NCBI GenBank assembly: GCA_964543795.1
Contig: CAZIZN010000006.1
Coordinates: 143,619-207,618 of the forward strand
Length of the DNA stretch: 64,000 bases
Direction of reading: 5' to 3'
Source: an uncultured candidatus Brocadiaceae bacterium
GTDB lineage: Bacteria > Planctomycetota > UBA1135 > UBA2386
Part shown: positions 26,439 to 35,951 of the stretch, one piece after another
How positions within the stretch are numbered: the first letter of the stretch is position 1
Layout: the number at the start of each line of letters is the position of its first letter
Translations under genes and position numbers: made by a program
The notes under the pieces: generated by a model
The model's database searches: none
What the model was told of the DNA's origin: nothing
Seen by the model: only the letters and a program-made list of their open reading frames with translations

Positions 26439-27827
26439 GTGGCACAGACCACCGACCACGAGGCGCAGGGCTTGAAGCATCCAGGGGTTGCGTTCGTCAT
26501 CAAGTACTTCGACTTGATCGACGAGTTCATCAAGGTTCGCTGCTGCTCCGAGGAGCTGTTGCAGGAACTGCACGCTGCGTCGATCACGAACAAGTCGTCC
26601 TACCGCAGCCGCGTCGTGCGGGCCTGCGTGCCGACCTTCGAGACGGACGTGCTCGCCGCGGTCCGGCGCCTCGACGAAGGTTACGACCTGGAGATCGTCG
26701 AGGAACTGCTCTACCAGATCTGCATCGACGTCAATCCGTCGCTCGAGATCCATCAGGTCAGCATCCCGACCGGCGGCGCCGCGAAGGCCAGCAGCGAGCC
26801 CGAGGACCTGTTCCTGCCGCGGCCCGGCAACGAGGCCGCGCGCCAGGCCCTGTTCCGCCGGGTCAGCAACCTCGAGCGCTCCCTGCGCCAGCAGATCATC
26901 GGCCAGGACGACGCGATCACCTCGCTGGTCCGCGCGGTCAAGAAGGCCGCGGTCGGCCTCAAGCGACCCACCCACCCCGTCGGCACGTTCCTGCTCGTCG
27001 GCCGCACCGGCACCGGCAAGACCGAACTCGCCAAGTCGGTCGCGCGCAACCTGTTCGACGACCCGGGCGCGATGATCCGCGTCGACTGCAGCGAGTACGC
27101 GCTGCCGCACGAGTACGCCAAGCTGATCGGCTCGCCGCCCGGCTACATCGGCCACAACGAAGGCGGCTACCTCACCGAGGCGATCAAGAAGAAGCCCAAC
27201 AGCGTGGTGCTCTTCGACGAGGTCGAGAAGGCACACTACAAGGTGCACAACCTGCTGCTGCAGTTGCTCGACGAAGGCATCATCACCGACAGCAAGGGCC
27301 AGACGGTGCAGTTCCACCAGGCGCTGATCCTCATGACGAGCAACCTCGGCATCGAGAAGATCGACGCGGTGCGCACGCGCATGGGCTTCTCGGCGGCACA
27401 CCGCCGGCAGAGCCTCGGCGACATCGACCTGCACGCCGTGACGATCGAGGCGCTGCGCGAGTTCTTCCGGCCGGAGTTCATCAACCGCATCGACGAAGTG
27501 GTGATGTTCAACGCCCTCGACGAGAAGGTCTGCCAGCGCATCGCCGGCAACATGCTGCGCGAGGTGTCGGACCTGCTGCGCCGCCGCGGCATCCACGTCA
27601 GCTTCTCGCCCGGCGTGCGCATGCTGCTCGCCAAGCAGGGCTTCTCCGAGGAGTTCGGCGCCCGCGAACTGCGGCGCCTCATCAAGCGGCGCATCGAGGA
27701 CCCGATCACCGAGATGATCCTCGACCACGAACTGGGCTCGGGCTCGGTCGTCAACGTGCGGGTGCGCAACGGCGAGTACGCCTTCGGCTGCGCGGCGACG
27801 CCGCGCACCGTGCTGCAGCCGGCCTGA
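26439..27827 (+). CDS. single-ring AAA+ ATPase related to ClpB/ClpC domain 2, with an unassigned ~150-aa N-terminal domain
   Basis: Walker A VGRTGTGKTELAK, Walker B VVLFDEVEKA, plus LILMTSN, PEFINRID and GARELRR. The N-terminal part (FVIKYFDLIDEFIKVRCCSEELLQEL...) matches nothing I recognise. GTG start. Confidence 0.8.
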   Translation: MAQTTDHEAQGLKHPGVAFVIKYFDLIDEFIKVRCCSEELLQELHAASITNKSSYRSRVVRACVPTFETDVLAAVRRLDEGYDLEIVEELLYQICIDVNPSLEIHQVSIPTGGAAKASSEPEDLFLPRPGNEAARQALFRRVSNLERSLRQQIIGQDDAITSLVRAVKKAAVGLKRPTHPVGTFLLVGRTGTGKTELAKSVARNLFDDPGAMIRVDCSEYALPHEYAKLIGSPPGYIGHNEGGYLTEAIKKKPNSVVLFDEVEKAHYKVHNLLLQLLDEGIITDSKGQTVQFHQALILMTSNLGIEKIDAVRTRMGFSAAHRRQSLGDIDLHAVTIEALREFFRPEFINRIDEVVMFNALDEKVCQRIAGNMLREVSDLLRRRGIHVSFSPGVRMLLAKQGFSEEFGARELRRLIKRRIEDPITEMILDHELGSGSVVNVRVRNGEYAFGCAATPRTVLQPA

Positions 27828-27884
27828 GCCGAACCGGGCGCATCCGGCAGCAGACCGTTCCCGCGGCGGGCCGTTCCGGCCAAG

Positions 27885-29144
27885 ATGGCCGGCGCTGCCA
27901 TGCTGCTGTTCCTCCTCGCGGTCGGCTTCACGCTCGTCGTCTCGTTCGTGTGCTCCCTCGCCGAGGCGTCCCTGCTGAGCCTCGGCCCCGCGCGCATCGA
28001 GTCGCTCGCGCGGACCGGCAGCCGCGCCGGCATGCTGCTGCGGCGCTGGAAGCAGGAGCCCGACACGCCGATCGCCGCCATCCTGGTCCTCAACACGATC
28101 GCCCACACCGGCGGCGCCACCGTCGCCACGGGGCAGTTCCTCGAGGCCTTCCCGGGCGCTTCGCCGGCCTGGTTCGCCGCCGCGTTCGTCGTCGCCATCC
28201 TGGCACTCACGGAGATCCTGCCCAAGACCCTCGGCGTGGCACACGCGAGCAAGCTTGCGGTGCCGATGGCGCACGTGGTGCAGACGATGATCGTCTGCCT
28301 GCGGCCCTTGCTGCATCTGACGCGCCTGATGTCGCGCTTCTTCACCAAGCGGAACCAGGCGCATGCCCCTTCGCTCGAGGAGATCCGGATCCTGGCGGCG
28401 GTCGGCCACAGCGCGGGCGCCTTCGGCGGCATCACCGCGGGCCTGATCCACAACGCCACGAAGCTGCGCGACAAGAAGGCGCGCGACGTCATGGTGCCGC
28501 GCGGCAACATCGCGTTCCTGTCGGGCACGCGGTCCACGGAGCAGAACCTCGCGCTCGTGCACCGCAGCGGCCACAGCCGCTTCCCGTTCTCGTCGACCGA
28601 CGACCTCGACGGCGTGACCGGCGTGATCCTCACCAAGGAACTGCTGTTCTCGCTGCGCGAGCGCATCGAACCGGACTGGCAGGACCTGCTGGTGCCGCTG
28701 ATCGTGGTGCCCGAGTCCGCGACCTTGAACCACGTGCTGCGGCGCTTCCAGGTCGAGAAGCGGCACATGGCGATCGTCGTCGACGAGTACGGCTCGACGC
28801 AGGGCATCATCACGCTCGAGGACGTGCTCGAGGAGATCGTCGGCGAGATCGAAGACGAACTCGACACCGAGGAGACGCACGTGCTCGAGCGCCCCGACGG
28901 CTCGCTGCTCTGCCGCGGCGTCGCCGAGACGCGCAAGGTGTTCGACCGGCTCGGCATCGAGGACGTGCCGACCTCGAGCCAGACGCTCGCCGGTTTCGTC
29001 ACCGAACAGCTCGGCCGCCTGCCGACCGCCGGCGAATACGTCGACGTGCGCGGCTTCCGCTTCGAGATCACCAAGGCGAACAACCGCCGCGTCGAACGCG
29101 TGCGCATCGTGCCGCGGCCGACGGTCGACGCGGCTGGCAGCTGA
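27885..29144 (+). CDS. CNNM/TlyC-family membrane protein (DUF21, CBS pair, CorC_HlyC)
   Basis: N-terminal TM domain with EILPKTLG, a CBS region (ARDVMVPR...), and C-terminal EYGSTQGIITLEDVLEEIVGEI. Confidence 0.8.
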   Translation: MAGAAMLLFLLAVGFTLVVSFVCSLAEASLLSLGPARIESLARTGSRAGMLLRRWKQEPDTPIAAILVLNTIAHTGGATVATGQFLEAFPGASPAWFAAAFVVAILALTEILPKTLGVAHASKLAVPMAHVVQTMIVCLRPLLHLTRLMSRFFTKRNQAHAPSLEEIRILAAVGHSAGAFGGITAGLIHNATKLRDKKARDVMVPRGNIAFLSGTRSTEQNLALVHRSGHSRFPFSSTDDLDGVTGVILTKELLFSLRERIEPDWQDLLVPLIVVPESATLNHVLRRFQVEKRHMAIVVDEYGSTQGIITLEDVLEEIVGEIEDELDTEETHVLERPDGSLLCRGVAETRKVFDRLGIEDVPTSSQTLAGFVTEQLGRLPTAGEYVDVRGFRFEITKANNRRVERVRIVPRPTVDAAGS

Positions 29145-29177
29145 CGACCGGCTGACGATCGCGCGACGCGGGCGCCG

Positions 29178-30260
29178 TCAGCCGCCGGCGCGCAGCGCCG
29201 CGGCGATGCGCTGCGCGACCCAGCCGTTGCCTTCGCGCGTCATGTGGCCGTCGAACCACCGGCGCCGCAGGCCCGGGTCGTCGCGCTCGGCGGCGAGGAA
29301 CTCGGCGACGAGATCGAGCGTCTCGACGCCGATCGCGCGACCGGCCGCCAGCACGTCGCTGGCGCTCGCGTTCGCCTCGGCGCCCTGCAGCACCAGCAGG
29401 AGCCGCACGCCGCGAGCCCTGGCGCGCTCGGCGATGCGCCGCACCAGCCGCTTGCCGATCTCCGGTCCCTTGCCGACGAGGTGCGGCACCGGCACCTGTT
29501 TCTGGTCCTCGATCCACCATTGACGGCAGGCGTGCGCGAGGATGCCGTCGAGCAGGGCGCTGCAGCCGAGCAGGTCCTTGATCCAGCGCTGCCCCACCTC
29601 GTCGGGCGCCGAGGTGTCGGCGACCGGGCTGTTGCGCAGCACGAGCCCGTCGCCTTCGAGGTCGAACCAGGGAACCGGCGTGTAGCGCTTGCTGTATTCG
29701 CAGCGCTCGAGGTCGCCGGCGATGAAGCTCACCACGAGCGTGTGCACGGGTCGTCGTTCGAGCAGCAGCTCGGCGCGCAGCACCGCCTGCGTGAGGCTGT
29801 AGCCGAACACGCCCGCGTTGGCGACCGGCCGGTCGAGCAGCCGTTCGAGCTGTGCCGGCCACGACGCGTCGTCGTCGACCTGGTCGCCGAAGGTGAACGA
29901 GTCTCCCACCGCGACGATCAGCCCGTCGCCCTTCGGCGGCGCCCCGTCGCCGTTGCGCCGGAAGCCGTCCGCGTCGATCGAGACGCGGGTGCCCCAGTGG
30001 TTGTCGGTGCTCGCGAAGCCCGGCGTCGGCACGTAGCCGAGCAGCGGGTCGGCCACCGCCGGATAGCCGCGCTTCATCAGGTCGACGCGCAGGCTGCGGA
30101 AGCTGCCGAAGTGCAGCGGCGCGCGCGCGAGCCGGATCGCCAGTTCGGCGACCAGCAGCAGCGCCGCGACGGGCAGCAGCGCGAACAGCAGCTTCTTGCG
30201 GCGGGAGAGCGGCGCACGCCGAGCGGGCCCGCGCGACGGCGTCGAGGGAGGAGGGCTCAC
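29178..30260 (-). CDS. membrane-anchored SGNH/GDSL-family hydrolase (paralog)
   Basis: This is the last 360 codons of the 858-aa track ORF. The GTG at 30260 overlaps the uvrC stop (GTGA). TM segment KKLLFALLPVAALLLVAELAI, block I IVAVGDSFTFGD. Confidence 0.65.
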   Translation of the reverse strand: MSPPPSTPSRGPARRAPLSRRKKLLFALLPVAALLLVAELAIRLARAPLHFGSFRSLRVDLMKRGYPAVADPLLGYVPTPGFASTDNHWGTRVSIDADGFRRNGDGAPPKGDGLIVAVGDSFTFGDQVDDDASWPAQLERLLDRPVANAGVFGYSLTQAVLRAELLLERRPVHTLVVSFIAGDLERCEYSKRYTPVPWFDLEGDGLVLRNSPVADTSAPDEVGQRWIKDLLGCSALLDGILAHACRQWWIEDQKQVPVPHLVGKGPEIGKRLVRRIAERARARGVRLLLVLQGAEANASASDVLAAGRAIGVETLDLVAEFLAAERDDPGLRRRWFDGHMTREGNGWVAQRIAAALRAGG

Positions 30261-32092
30261 GATGTCTCCGGGTGCAGGTGCGACCAGATCGTCTCGGCGA
30301 CCGCCGCGGGCAGCTTCGGCACGGCGCGCAGCGCCTCGCGCGACGCACAGCGCAGCGCCGACAGCGAGCCGAAGTGCCGCAGCAAGAGCCGGCGGCGCGT
30401 CGGCCCGACGCCCGGGATCGCGTCGAGTTCCGAACCCAGACGCCCGCGCGTCTGGCGATGGTAGGTGATCGCGAAGCGGTGCGCTTCGTCGCGCAGCGCG
30501 GCGATCAGCAGGGTCTCGGGCGCCGCCGGCGGCAGCGCGATCGCCGCATCGCGCCCCGGCAGGAACAGGCGCTCGCCGGTCTCCGCGCGCGCGTCGCCGA
30601 CGCCGCGCAGACGGCTCTTGGCCAGCCCGCAGCGCCGCAGGTCGTCCTGCAGCCCCAGTTCGGCGACGGCGCGCTCGGCGGCGGCGAGCTGGCCCTTGCC
30701 GCCGTCGACGACCAGCAGGTCCGGCAGGTCCTCGTCGTCGCGTTCGAGGCACAACGACAGGCTGCGCCGCACCGCCTCCTCCATCGCCGCGAAGTCGTCG
30801 CCGGCGTGCTCCGCCGAGATGCGGAAGCGCCGGTAGTGCGCCTTGTCGGGCTGGCCGTCGACGAACGCCACGCGCGAGGCCACGGTGCTGGTGCCCTGGA
30901 TCGTCGACACGTCGATGCAGTGCAGCCGCTGCGGCGCCTCGGGCAGATCGAGCAGGCGGGCGAGCCGTTCGGCGCCGGCGGCCCGGCGTCGGGCGGCGTC
31001 GGCCGCCATCGCATCGGCCAGCTCGGCGTTCTGTTGCGCCAGTTCGAGATGACGGCGGCGGTCGCCGCGCTGCGGCACCAGCAGTTCGACCTTGCCGCCG
31101 CGCTTGTGCTGCAACCACGCGCGGATGATGTCCGGCTCGGCGGGCGGCGCGGGCAGCAGGATCGTCGCCGGCACGTAGCGATCGCCTTCGTAGAGCCGGC
31201 CCAGCACGTCGCCGAGCAGCAGTTCGTCGGGCAACTCGCTGCGGAACGCGAACCGGCGCACGCTCTCGAGCGCGCCGCCGCGGAAGGCCAGGAACGCGAC
31301 CGCGACGTCGTCGCCGGCGCGGTGCAGGCCGACGGCGTCCTCGTCGCCGGCGTCGGCGACGACGCTCTGGGGCTCGGCGACGAGCTGCAGCGCCGCGATC
31401 TGCTCCTTCTGCGCCTGCGCGCGTTCGAACTCGAGGTTCGCCGCGGCCTCCGCCATGCGCGCCCGCAGTTCGACGAGCACGGGCGCCACGTCGCCGCGCA
31501 AGATCCGGACCGAGCGGTCGAGCAGCTCTTCGTAGGCGGCGCGATCGACGAGGCCGACGCAGGGCGCGGGGCAGCGACCGATCTGGTGCTTGATGCACGG
31601 CCGCGTGCGGTTGTCGAACACGTGGTCGGTGCAGTCGCGCAGCGGCACCACCTTGTGCAGGAGGCGCAGCGTGCGCCGCACCGCCTTCGCCGAGGCGAAC
31701 GGCCCGAAGTACTGGGCGCCGTCGTCCTGCCGCCGCCGCACCAGCCGGTACCACGGCCAGGCCTGCTTGCGATCGAGCCGCAGCAGCAGGAACGCCTTGT
31801 CGTCGCGCAGCTTGATGTTGTAGCGCGGCTGCCGCTTCTTGATCACCGTGTTCTCGAGCAGCAGCGCCTCCTGCTCGGTCGCGGTGGCCAGGAACTCGAC
31901 GTCGCGCGCTTCCTCGGCGAGGAAGCGCAGCTGGTATCGGCCGTCGCCGCCGGGCTTGAGGTAGCTGCGCACGCGCGCCCGCAGGTCGGCGGCCTTGCCG
32001 ACGTAGAGCGCTTCGCCCCGGGCGCCGAGGAAGACGTAGATCCCGGGCCCGGTCGGGAAGCGGGCGACCTTGTCGGCGATGCGGGGATCCAT
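30257..32092 (-). CDS. uvrC: excinuclease ABC subunit C
   Basis: The ATG at 32092 gives MDPRIADKV. GIY-YIG block GIYVFLGARGEALYVGKAADLRARVRSY, and a C-terminal (HhH)2 region. Confidence 0.9.
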   Translation of the reverse strand: MDPRIADKVARFPTGPGIYVFLGARGEALYVGKAADLRARVRSYLKPGGDGRYQLRFLAEEARDVEFLATATEQEALLLENTVIKKRQPRYNIKLRDDKAFLLLRLDRKQAWPWYRLVRRRQDDGAQYFGPFASAKAVRRTLRLLHKVVPLRDCTDHVFDNRTRPCIKHQIGRCPAPCVGLVDRAAYEELLDRSVRILRGDVAPVLVELRARMAEAAANLEFERAQAQKEQIAALQLVAEPQSVVADAGDEDAVGLHRAGDDVAVAFLAFRGGALESVRRFAFRSELPDELLLGDVLGRLYEGDRYVPATILLPAPPAEPDIIRAWLQHKRGGKVELLVPQRGDRRRHLELAQQNAELADAMAADAARRRAAGAERLARLLDLPEAPQRLHCIDVSTIQGTSTVASRVAFVDGQPDKAHYRRFRISAEHAGDDFAAMEEAVRRSLSLCLERDDEDLPDLLVVDGGKGQLAAAERAVAELGLQDDLRRCGLAKSRLRGVGDARAETGERLFLPGRDAAIALPPAAPETLLIAALRDEAHRFAITYHRQTRGRLGSELDAIPGVGPTRRRLLLRHFGSLSALRCASREALRAVPKLPAAVAETIWSHLHPETS

Positions 32093-32278
32093 CGGGGGGA
32101 GGCGCGTAGTCGTAGCGCCGATGGCGGCGGATCCAAGCTGCCGTCCGCGCGGGGCCCGCGGCGACGCCGGTCGCGCGGCCGGCTCCTCGCCCAACGCCAT
32201 GGCCCGGACGCGTGGGGATTGCCAGGGCGACGCCTGGCGCACTAGCCTCTGCCGCTCCTCACCTCAGGAGTTCCATCC

Positions 32279-34378
32279 ATGCAGATCCTGTCACGCCTCG
32301 CCGTGTCCGCCTGCGCATTCGCCGTGTCGGCGCTGGCGCAGACCCCCATCGTGGCTCCGTTCGGCTACGCCAACGCCGAAGGCGCCTCCAACAACGCATT
32401 CCCCTGGAACCGCGGCGCGCAGAGCATGCGGATCCAGATGATCTACGACAGCTCGCACTTCACGAACCAAGGGGCCGCGGGGGCGGTGCTGATCTCGCAA
32501 CTCCGCTTCCGCGCCAACGCGAGCACCTCCACCTGGGCCGGCGGATCCTGGCCGAACGTGCGCATCGACATGTCGACGGCCGCCGTCGACTACCTCGCCG
32601 CCTCGGCGACGTTCGCCAACAACCACGGCGCCGACCAGGCGACCGTGCACCAGGGAACCGTGACCGTGACCGGCGGCACCGGCAACGGCGCGGGCGTGCC
32701 CGGCCCCTGGTACGTCGACATCCAGCTCACGACGCCGTTCGTCTACGACCCGACGACCGGTAGCGACCTCATGGTCGACGTGTTCCTCGACGGCACGGGC
32801 TGGTCCGGCGCGAGCACCGCATCGGACGCCGTCTCCGGCGCCACGGCGACGCCGGCCCCGCCGCTCGGCACGCGCGTCTACGACTCGACGGGCATCACCG
32901 GCCTCACCGGTACGGTCGGGCTGAACCACATGCTCGTCACGGAGTTCACCTTCGTGCCGGCAGTGGGCCTGTTCCCCTCCTTCTCCGCGTCGGCGCGCAC
33001 GGGCCCCTCGCCGCTCGCCGTGCAGTTCACGGACCGCACGTACTCCTCGGCGCCCGGCGGCGTGCTCGCCTGGCAGTGGGACGTCGACGGCGACAGCATC
33101 GTCGACTACACGACCCAGAACCCGACGCACACCTACAACGCCTGCGGCAACTACACCGTGTCCTTGACGGCGATCGACGGCGTACACGGCGCGGTCACGA
33201 CGACGCGCACGAACTACATCGTCACCGACGAGGTCGTGCCGGACTTCACGTGGTCGATCATCGGCCCGGGCACGCTGCAGTTCATCGACACGAGCGTGCC
33301 GACGCCGACGTCGTGGGCCTGGGACCTCGACGGGGACAACGTCGTCGACTCCACGGCGCCGAACCCGGTCTTCGTCTATCCGTCGTCGTGCGTCGCAGGC
33401 CCCGTCGTGACCCTGACGGTCGGCCGGCTCTGCCGCGGCCCCTACACGGTGCAGAAGACCTCCTTCGTGGCGACCACCCTCGAGACCGTGCGCAACGGCG
33501 CCACGTCCACGTCGACCGGTTCGGCCAACCTGTTCGACATCGACGTCACGAATCCGCTCGGCATCAGCATCTGCCAGCTCGAGACCAAGACCACCGCGGC
33601 GGTCAACGCGCCGGTCACGATCGACGTGTTCATCACGCCCGGCACCTACGTGGGCGCGACGACCAACCAGTCGCTCTGGCGGCAGGTCGCGTCGATCCCG
33701 GCGCTCGGCACCGGTTCGGGTGCTGCGGCACCGCTGATCGTGATGAGCCTGTCGCCGCCGCTCTACCTGCCGCACGGCACCTACGGCGTCATGATCCGTT
33801 GCACGGGCGCCAGCGTGCAGTACAGCTCGGGCGGTCCGGCGACCTACACGAGCCCGGACGCGACGATCACGGCCGGTGCGGTGCAGGGCACGCCGTTCAG
33901 CGGGGCTCTGTTGACGCCGCGCCTGTGGAACGGCGCGCTGCGCTTCTCGACCTGCAGCGCGACCGGCGACGCCGGCTACCAGTTCTTCGGGGCCGGCTGC
34001 AACGGCAGCTTGGGCACCCCGGGCAACGTGGCCACGAGCCAACCGCGGCTCGGCCAGACGGCCACTGTCAGCCTGACGAACCTGCCGCAGAGCGCGGTGT
34101 TCTTCATGGTCGGGTTCAGCAAGACGAACTCGTCGTTCGGACCGCTGCCCGTCGACCTGACGCCGTTCGGCGCGCCCGGTTGCTCGGGGCGCGTCAGCCC
34201 CGACGCGGTGGTCCTGCTCGTCGGCAGCGCCAACACGGCGACGTTCAACCTCGCGATCCCGAACACGACGGCCTTCCTCTGCCAGCAGTTCTTCACGCAG
34301 GGGCTGTCGGTGGACCCCGGGCTCAACGCGCTCGGCTCGGCCGCCACGGACGCCGCGGCGATGATCATCGGTCAGTGA
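32279..34378 (+). CDS. secreted protein with two PKD domains and the shared C-terminal domain
   Basis: A CAGGAG sequence precedes the ATG. Signal peptide ends AVSALAQ. PKD signatures VQFTDRT...WQWDVDGD...THTYNACGNYTVSLT and LQFIDTS...WAWDLDGD. C-terminus GAGCNGSLGTP...APGCSGRVS...AAMIIGQ. Confidence 0.8.
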   Translation: MQILSRLAVSACAFAVSALAQTPIVAPFGYANAEGASNNAFPWNRGAQSMRIQMIYDSSHFTNQGAAGAVLISQLRFRANASTSTWAGGSWPNVRIDMSTAAVDYLAASATFANNHGADQATVHQGTVTVTGGTGNGAGVPGPWYVDIQLTTPFVYDPTTGSDLMVDVFLDGTGWSGASTASDAVSGATATPAPPLGTRVYDSTGITGLTGTVGLNHMLVTEFTFVPAVGLFPSFSASARTGPSPLAVQFTDRTYSSAPGGVLAWQWDVDGDSIVDYTTQNPTHTYNACGNYTVSLTAIDGVHGAVTTTRTNYIVTDEVVPDFTWSIIGPGTLQFIDTSVPTPTSWAWDLDGDNVVDSTAPNPVFVYPSSCVAGPVVTLTVGRLCRGPYTVQKTSFVATTLETVRNGATSTSTGSANLFDIDVTNPLGISICQLETKTTAAVNAPVTIDVFITPGTYVGATTNQSLWRQVASIPALGTGSGAAAPLIVMSLSPPLYLPHGTYGVMIRCTGASVQYSSGGPATYTSPDATITAGAVQGTPFSGALLTPRLWNGALRFSTCSATGDAGYQFFGAGCNGSLGTPGNVATSQPRLGQTATVSLTNLPQSAVFFMVGFSKTNSSFGPLPVDLTPFGAPGCSGRVSPDAVVLLVGSANTATFNLAIPNTTAFLCQQFFTQGLSVDPGLNALGSAATDAAAMIIGQ

Positions 34379-34780
34379 CCTGACCATGCCGCCGCGCGCG
34401 CCGCGGCAGGTCCGGGGCGGCACACGTGTCGTCCCGGACGGCCCGGCTGCGGATCGACGACGGTCCGCCCCGTCCGTCGCCACAGCGGACGGACCCCGCC
34501 TCGGCCGCCGGCCAGGCTCGCCGTGATGCCACGCGCCAGCCGGCGCCGACGAGGATCTCGACGCTCGTCGGGTCGTTGTCGAGGTCGACGACCGCGGCGT
34601 CGACGCTGCGGACGGGCGCGACGCGCCAGCGCGCGTTGCTGTCGACCGGCAGGCCGCGGGTTCGCCATCCTGCATGCCACGGGCATGCCCCCGCGACGAA
34701 CTGCTGACAGCACTCCCCTTGCCGCCGCCCCCTGCAGGCCGTTCGCTCCGGGACTCCCCACCCCTTCCACCCACCCCACG

Positions 34781-35908
34781 ATGCCCCAAAGCAACTCCTC
34801 CCTCGCGCTGCGCGCCGCCGCCGCGACCCTGTTCGCCTGCTCCCTCCTCCCTGCCCAGGACCTGATCGGCGTCGGCTGGGCCGGCCAGGTCGTGCTGATC
34901 GACTCCTACACCGCGGCCGTGACGCCGCTCGGCACGGGCATGCCCGGCCAGAACGGCCTCGCCCGCGACGCCAGCGGCAACTACTGGTGCACCACGCGCA
35001 CGAACACGACGCCGTACGTCTACGGCTACACGATGCTCGACCCGAACACCGGCGCGGCGACCCTCGTGCACGCCAACGGCACCGACCTGCGAGGCCTCTC
35101 GGACGACGGTGCGGGCAACCTGTTCGGCATCGCGCAGGCGTCCGCCGACCAGCTCGTGCGCATCGACGTCGCCACGGGCGCCAGCACGACGATCGGCAGC
35201 ACCGGCTTCGGCGGTCTGCAGGGCCTGGCGCTGCACCAGGGCGTGCTCTACGGCTGGGACATCTCCAACGGGCTCCTGATCATCGACCAGAACACGGGCG
35301 TCGCCACCGACCCGTTCCCCGGCCTCGGCGGGCCCAGCGGCTTGCAGTACCTCTGTTCGCACCCCGACGGCCGCCTGCTCGCGGGCGGCGGCAGCACCAC
35401 CAATTCGCTCTACACCGTCGACGTGACGACGGGGTTCACGACGCTGATCGGCGTCACGAGCGGTGCTTCCGACCTGCGTGGCCTCGAGCCGCTCGGCGGT
35501 CGCGCCACCTCGTTCGGCACCGGCTGCGCCGGCGCCTTCGGTCCCGTCGTGCTGACGGTGACCGGCAACCTGCGCGCCAACGGCAACATCGTCTACTCGT
35601 CGACCAACCACGCGCCGAACGCGCTCGGCGCGATCGTGTTCGGCCTCAGCACGAGCATGAACGGCGGCCTGCCGCTGCCGCTGCTGCTCGACCCGATCTT
35701 CGGCACCAGCGGCTGCACGCTCTACACGAGCATCGACGCCTCCGTGATCGGCATCACCTCGGCCGCCGGTCCCGCGACGCTGACGTTCTCGTACGGCCTG
35801 CCGGCAGCGGCCGCCGGCGCGATCTTCCACGTGCAGCACGGCTGCTTCGAGCCCGTGCAGGGTGGCCTGTCGTGGTCGAACGCCGCGACGGTGCAGATCG
35901 GGATGTAG
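34781..35908 (+). CDS. secreted beta-propeller-like protein with the shared C-terminal domain
   Basis: The ATG at 34781 (MPQSNSSLALRAAAATLFACSLLPAQ) is internal to the 461-aa track ORF. It has repeated ...LRGL...G.L.....L..ID..TG units. C-terminus GTGCAGAFGP...TSGCTLYTS...SNAATVQIGM. Confidence 0.75.
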   Translation: MPQSNSSLALRAAAATLFACSLLPAQDLIGVGWAGQVVLIDSYTAAVTPLGTGMPGQNGLARDASGNYWCTTRTNTTPYVYGYTMLDPNTGAATLVHANGTDLRGLSDDGAGNLFGIAQASADQLVRIDVATGASTTIGSTGFGGLQGLALHQGVLYGWDISNGLLIIDQNTGVATDPFPGLGGPSGLQYLCSHPDGRLLAGGGSTTNSLYTVDVTTGFTTLIGVTSGASDLRGLEPLGGRATSFGTGCAGAFGPVVLTVTGNLRANGNIVYSSTNHAPNALGAIVFGLSTSMNGGLPLPLLLDPIFGTSGCTLYTSIDASVIGITSAAGPATLTFSYGLPAAAAGAIFHVQHGCFEPVQGGLSWSNAATVQIGM

Positions 35909-35916
35909 CTCCCGAT

Positions 35917-35944
35917 CCGCCCGCGCGGACGACCGCGCGGGCGG
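35917..35944. terminator. perfect 12-bp GC hairpin between convergent genes (probable bidirectional terminator)
   Basis: CCGCCCGCGCGG-ACGA-CCGCGCGGGCGG. It starts 9 nt after the stop at 35908 and ends 8 nt before the stop of the minus-strand permease gene at 35952. Confidence 0.55.
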
Positions 35945-35951
35945 ACCGCGG

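Noticed and set aside
26231-29155. 974-aa plus-strand ORF spanning the AAA+ and CNNM genes.
   Set aside because: It is out of frame with both well-supported genes. Its translation is Arg/Pro/Gly-rich without motifs.
34379-34780. 400-bp gap between two secreted-protein genes. The minus strand reads VVDLDNDPTSVEILVGAGW, which resembles an FG-GAP/VCBS repeat.
   Set aside because: It is a single short match in a frame with no start codon, and the frame continues antisense into the PKD gene. I cannot distinguish it from chance without a database search.
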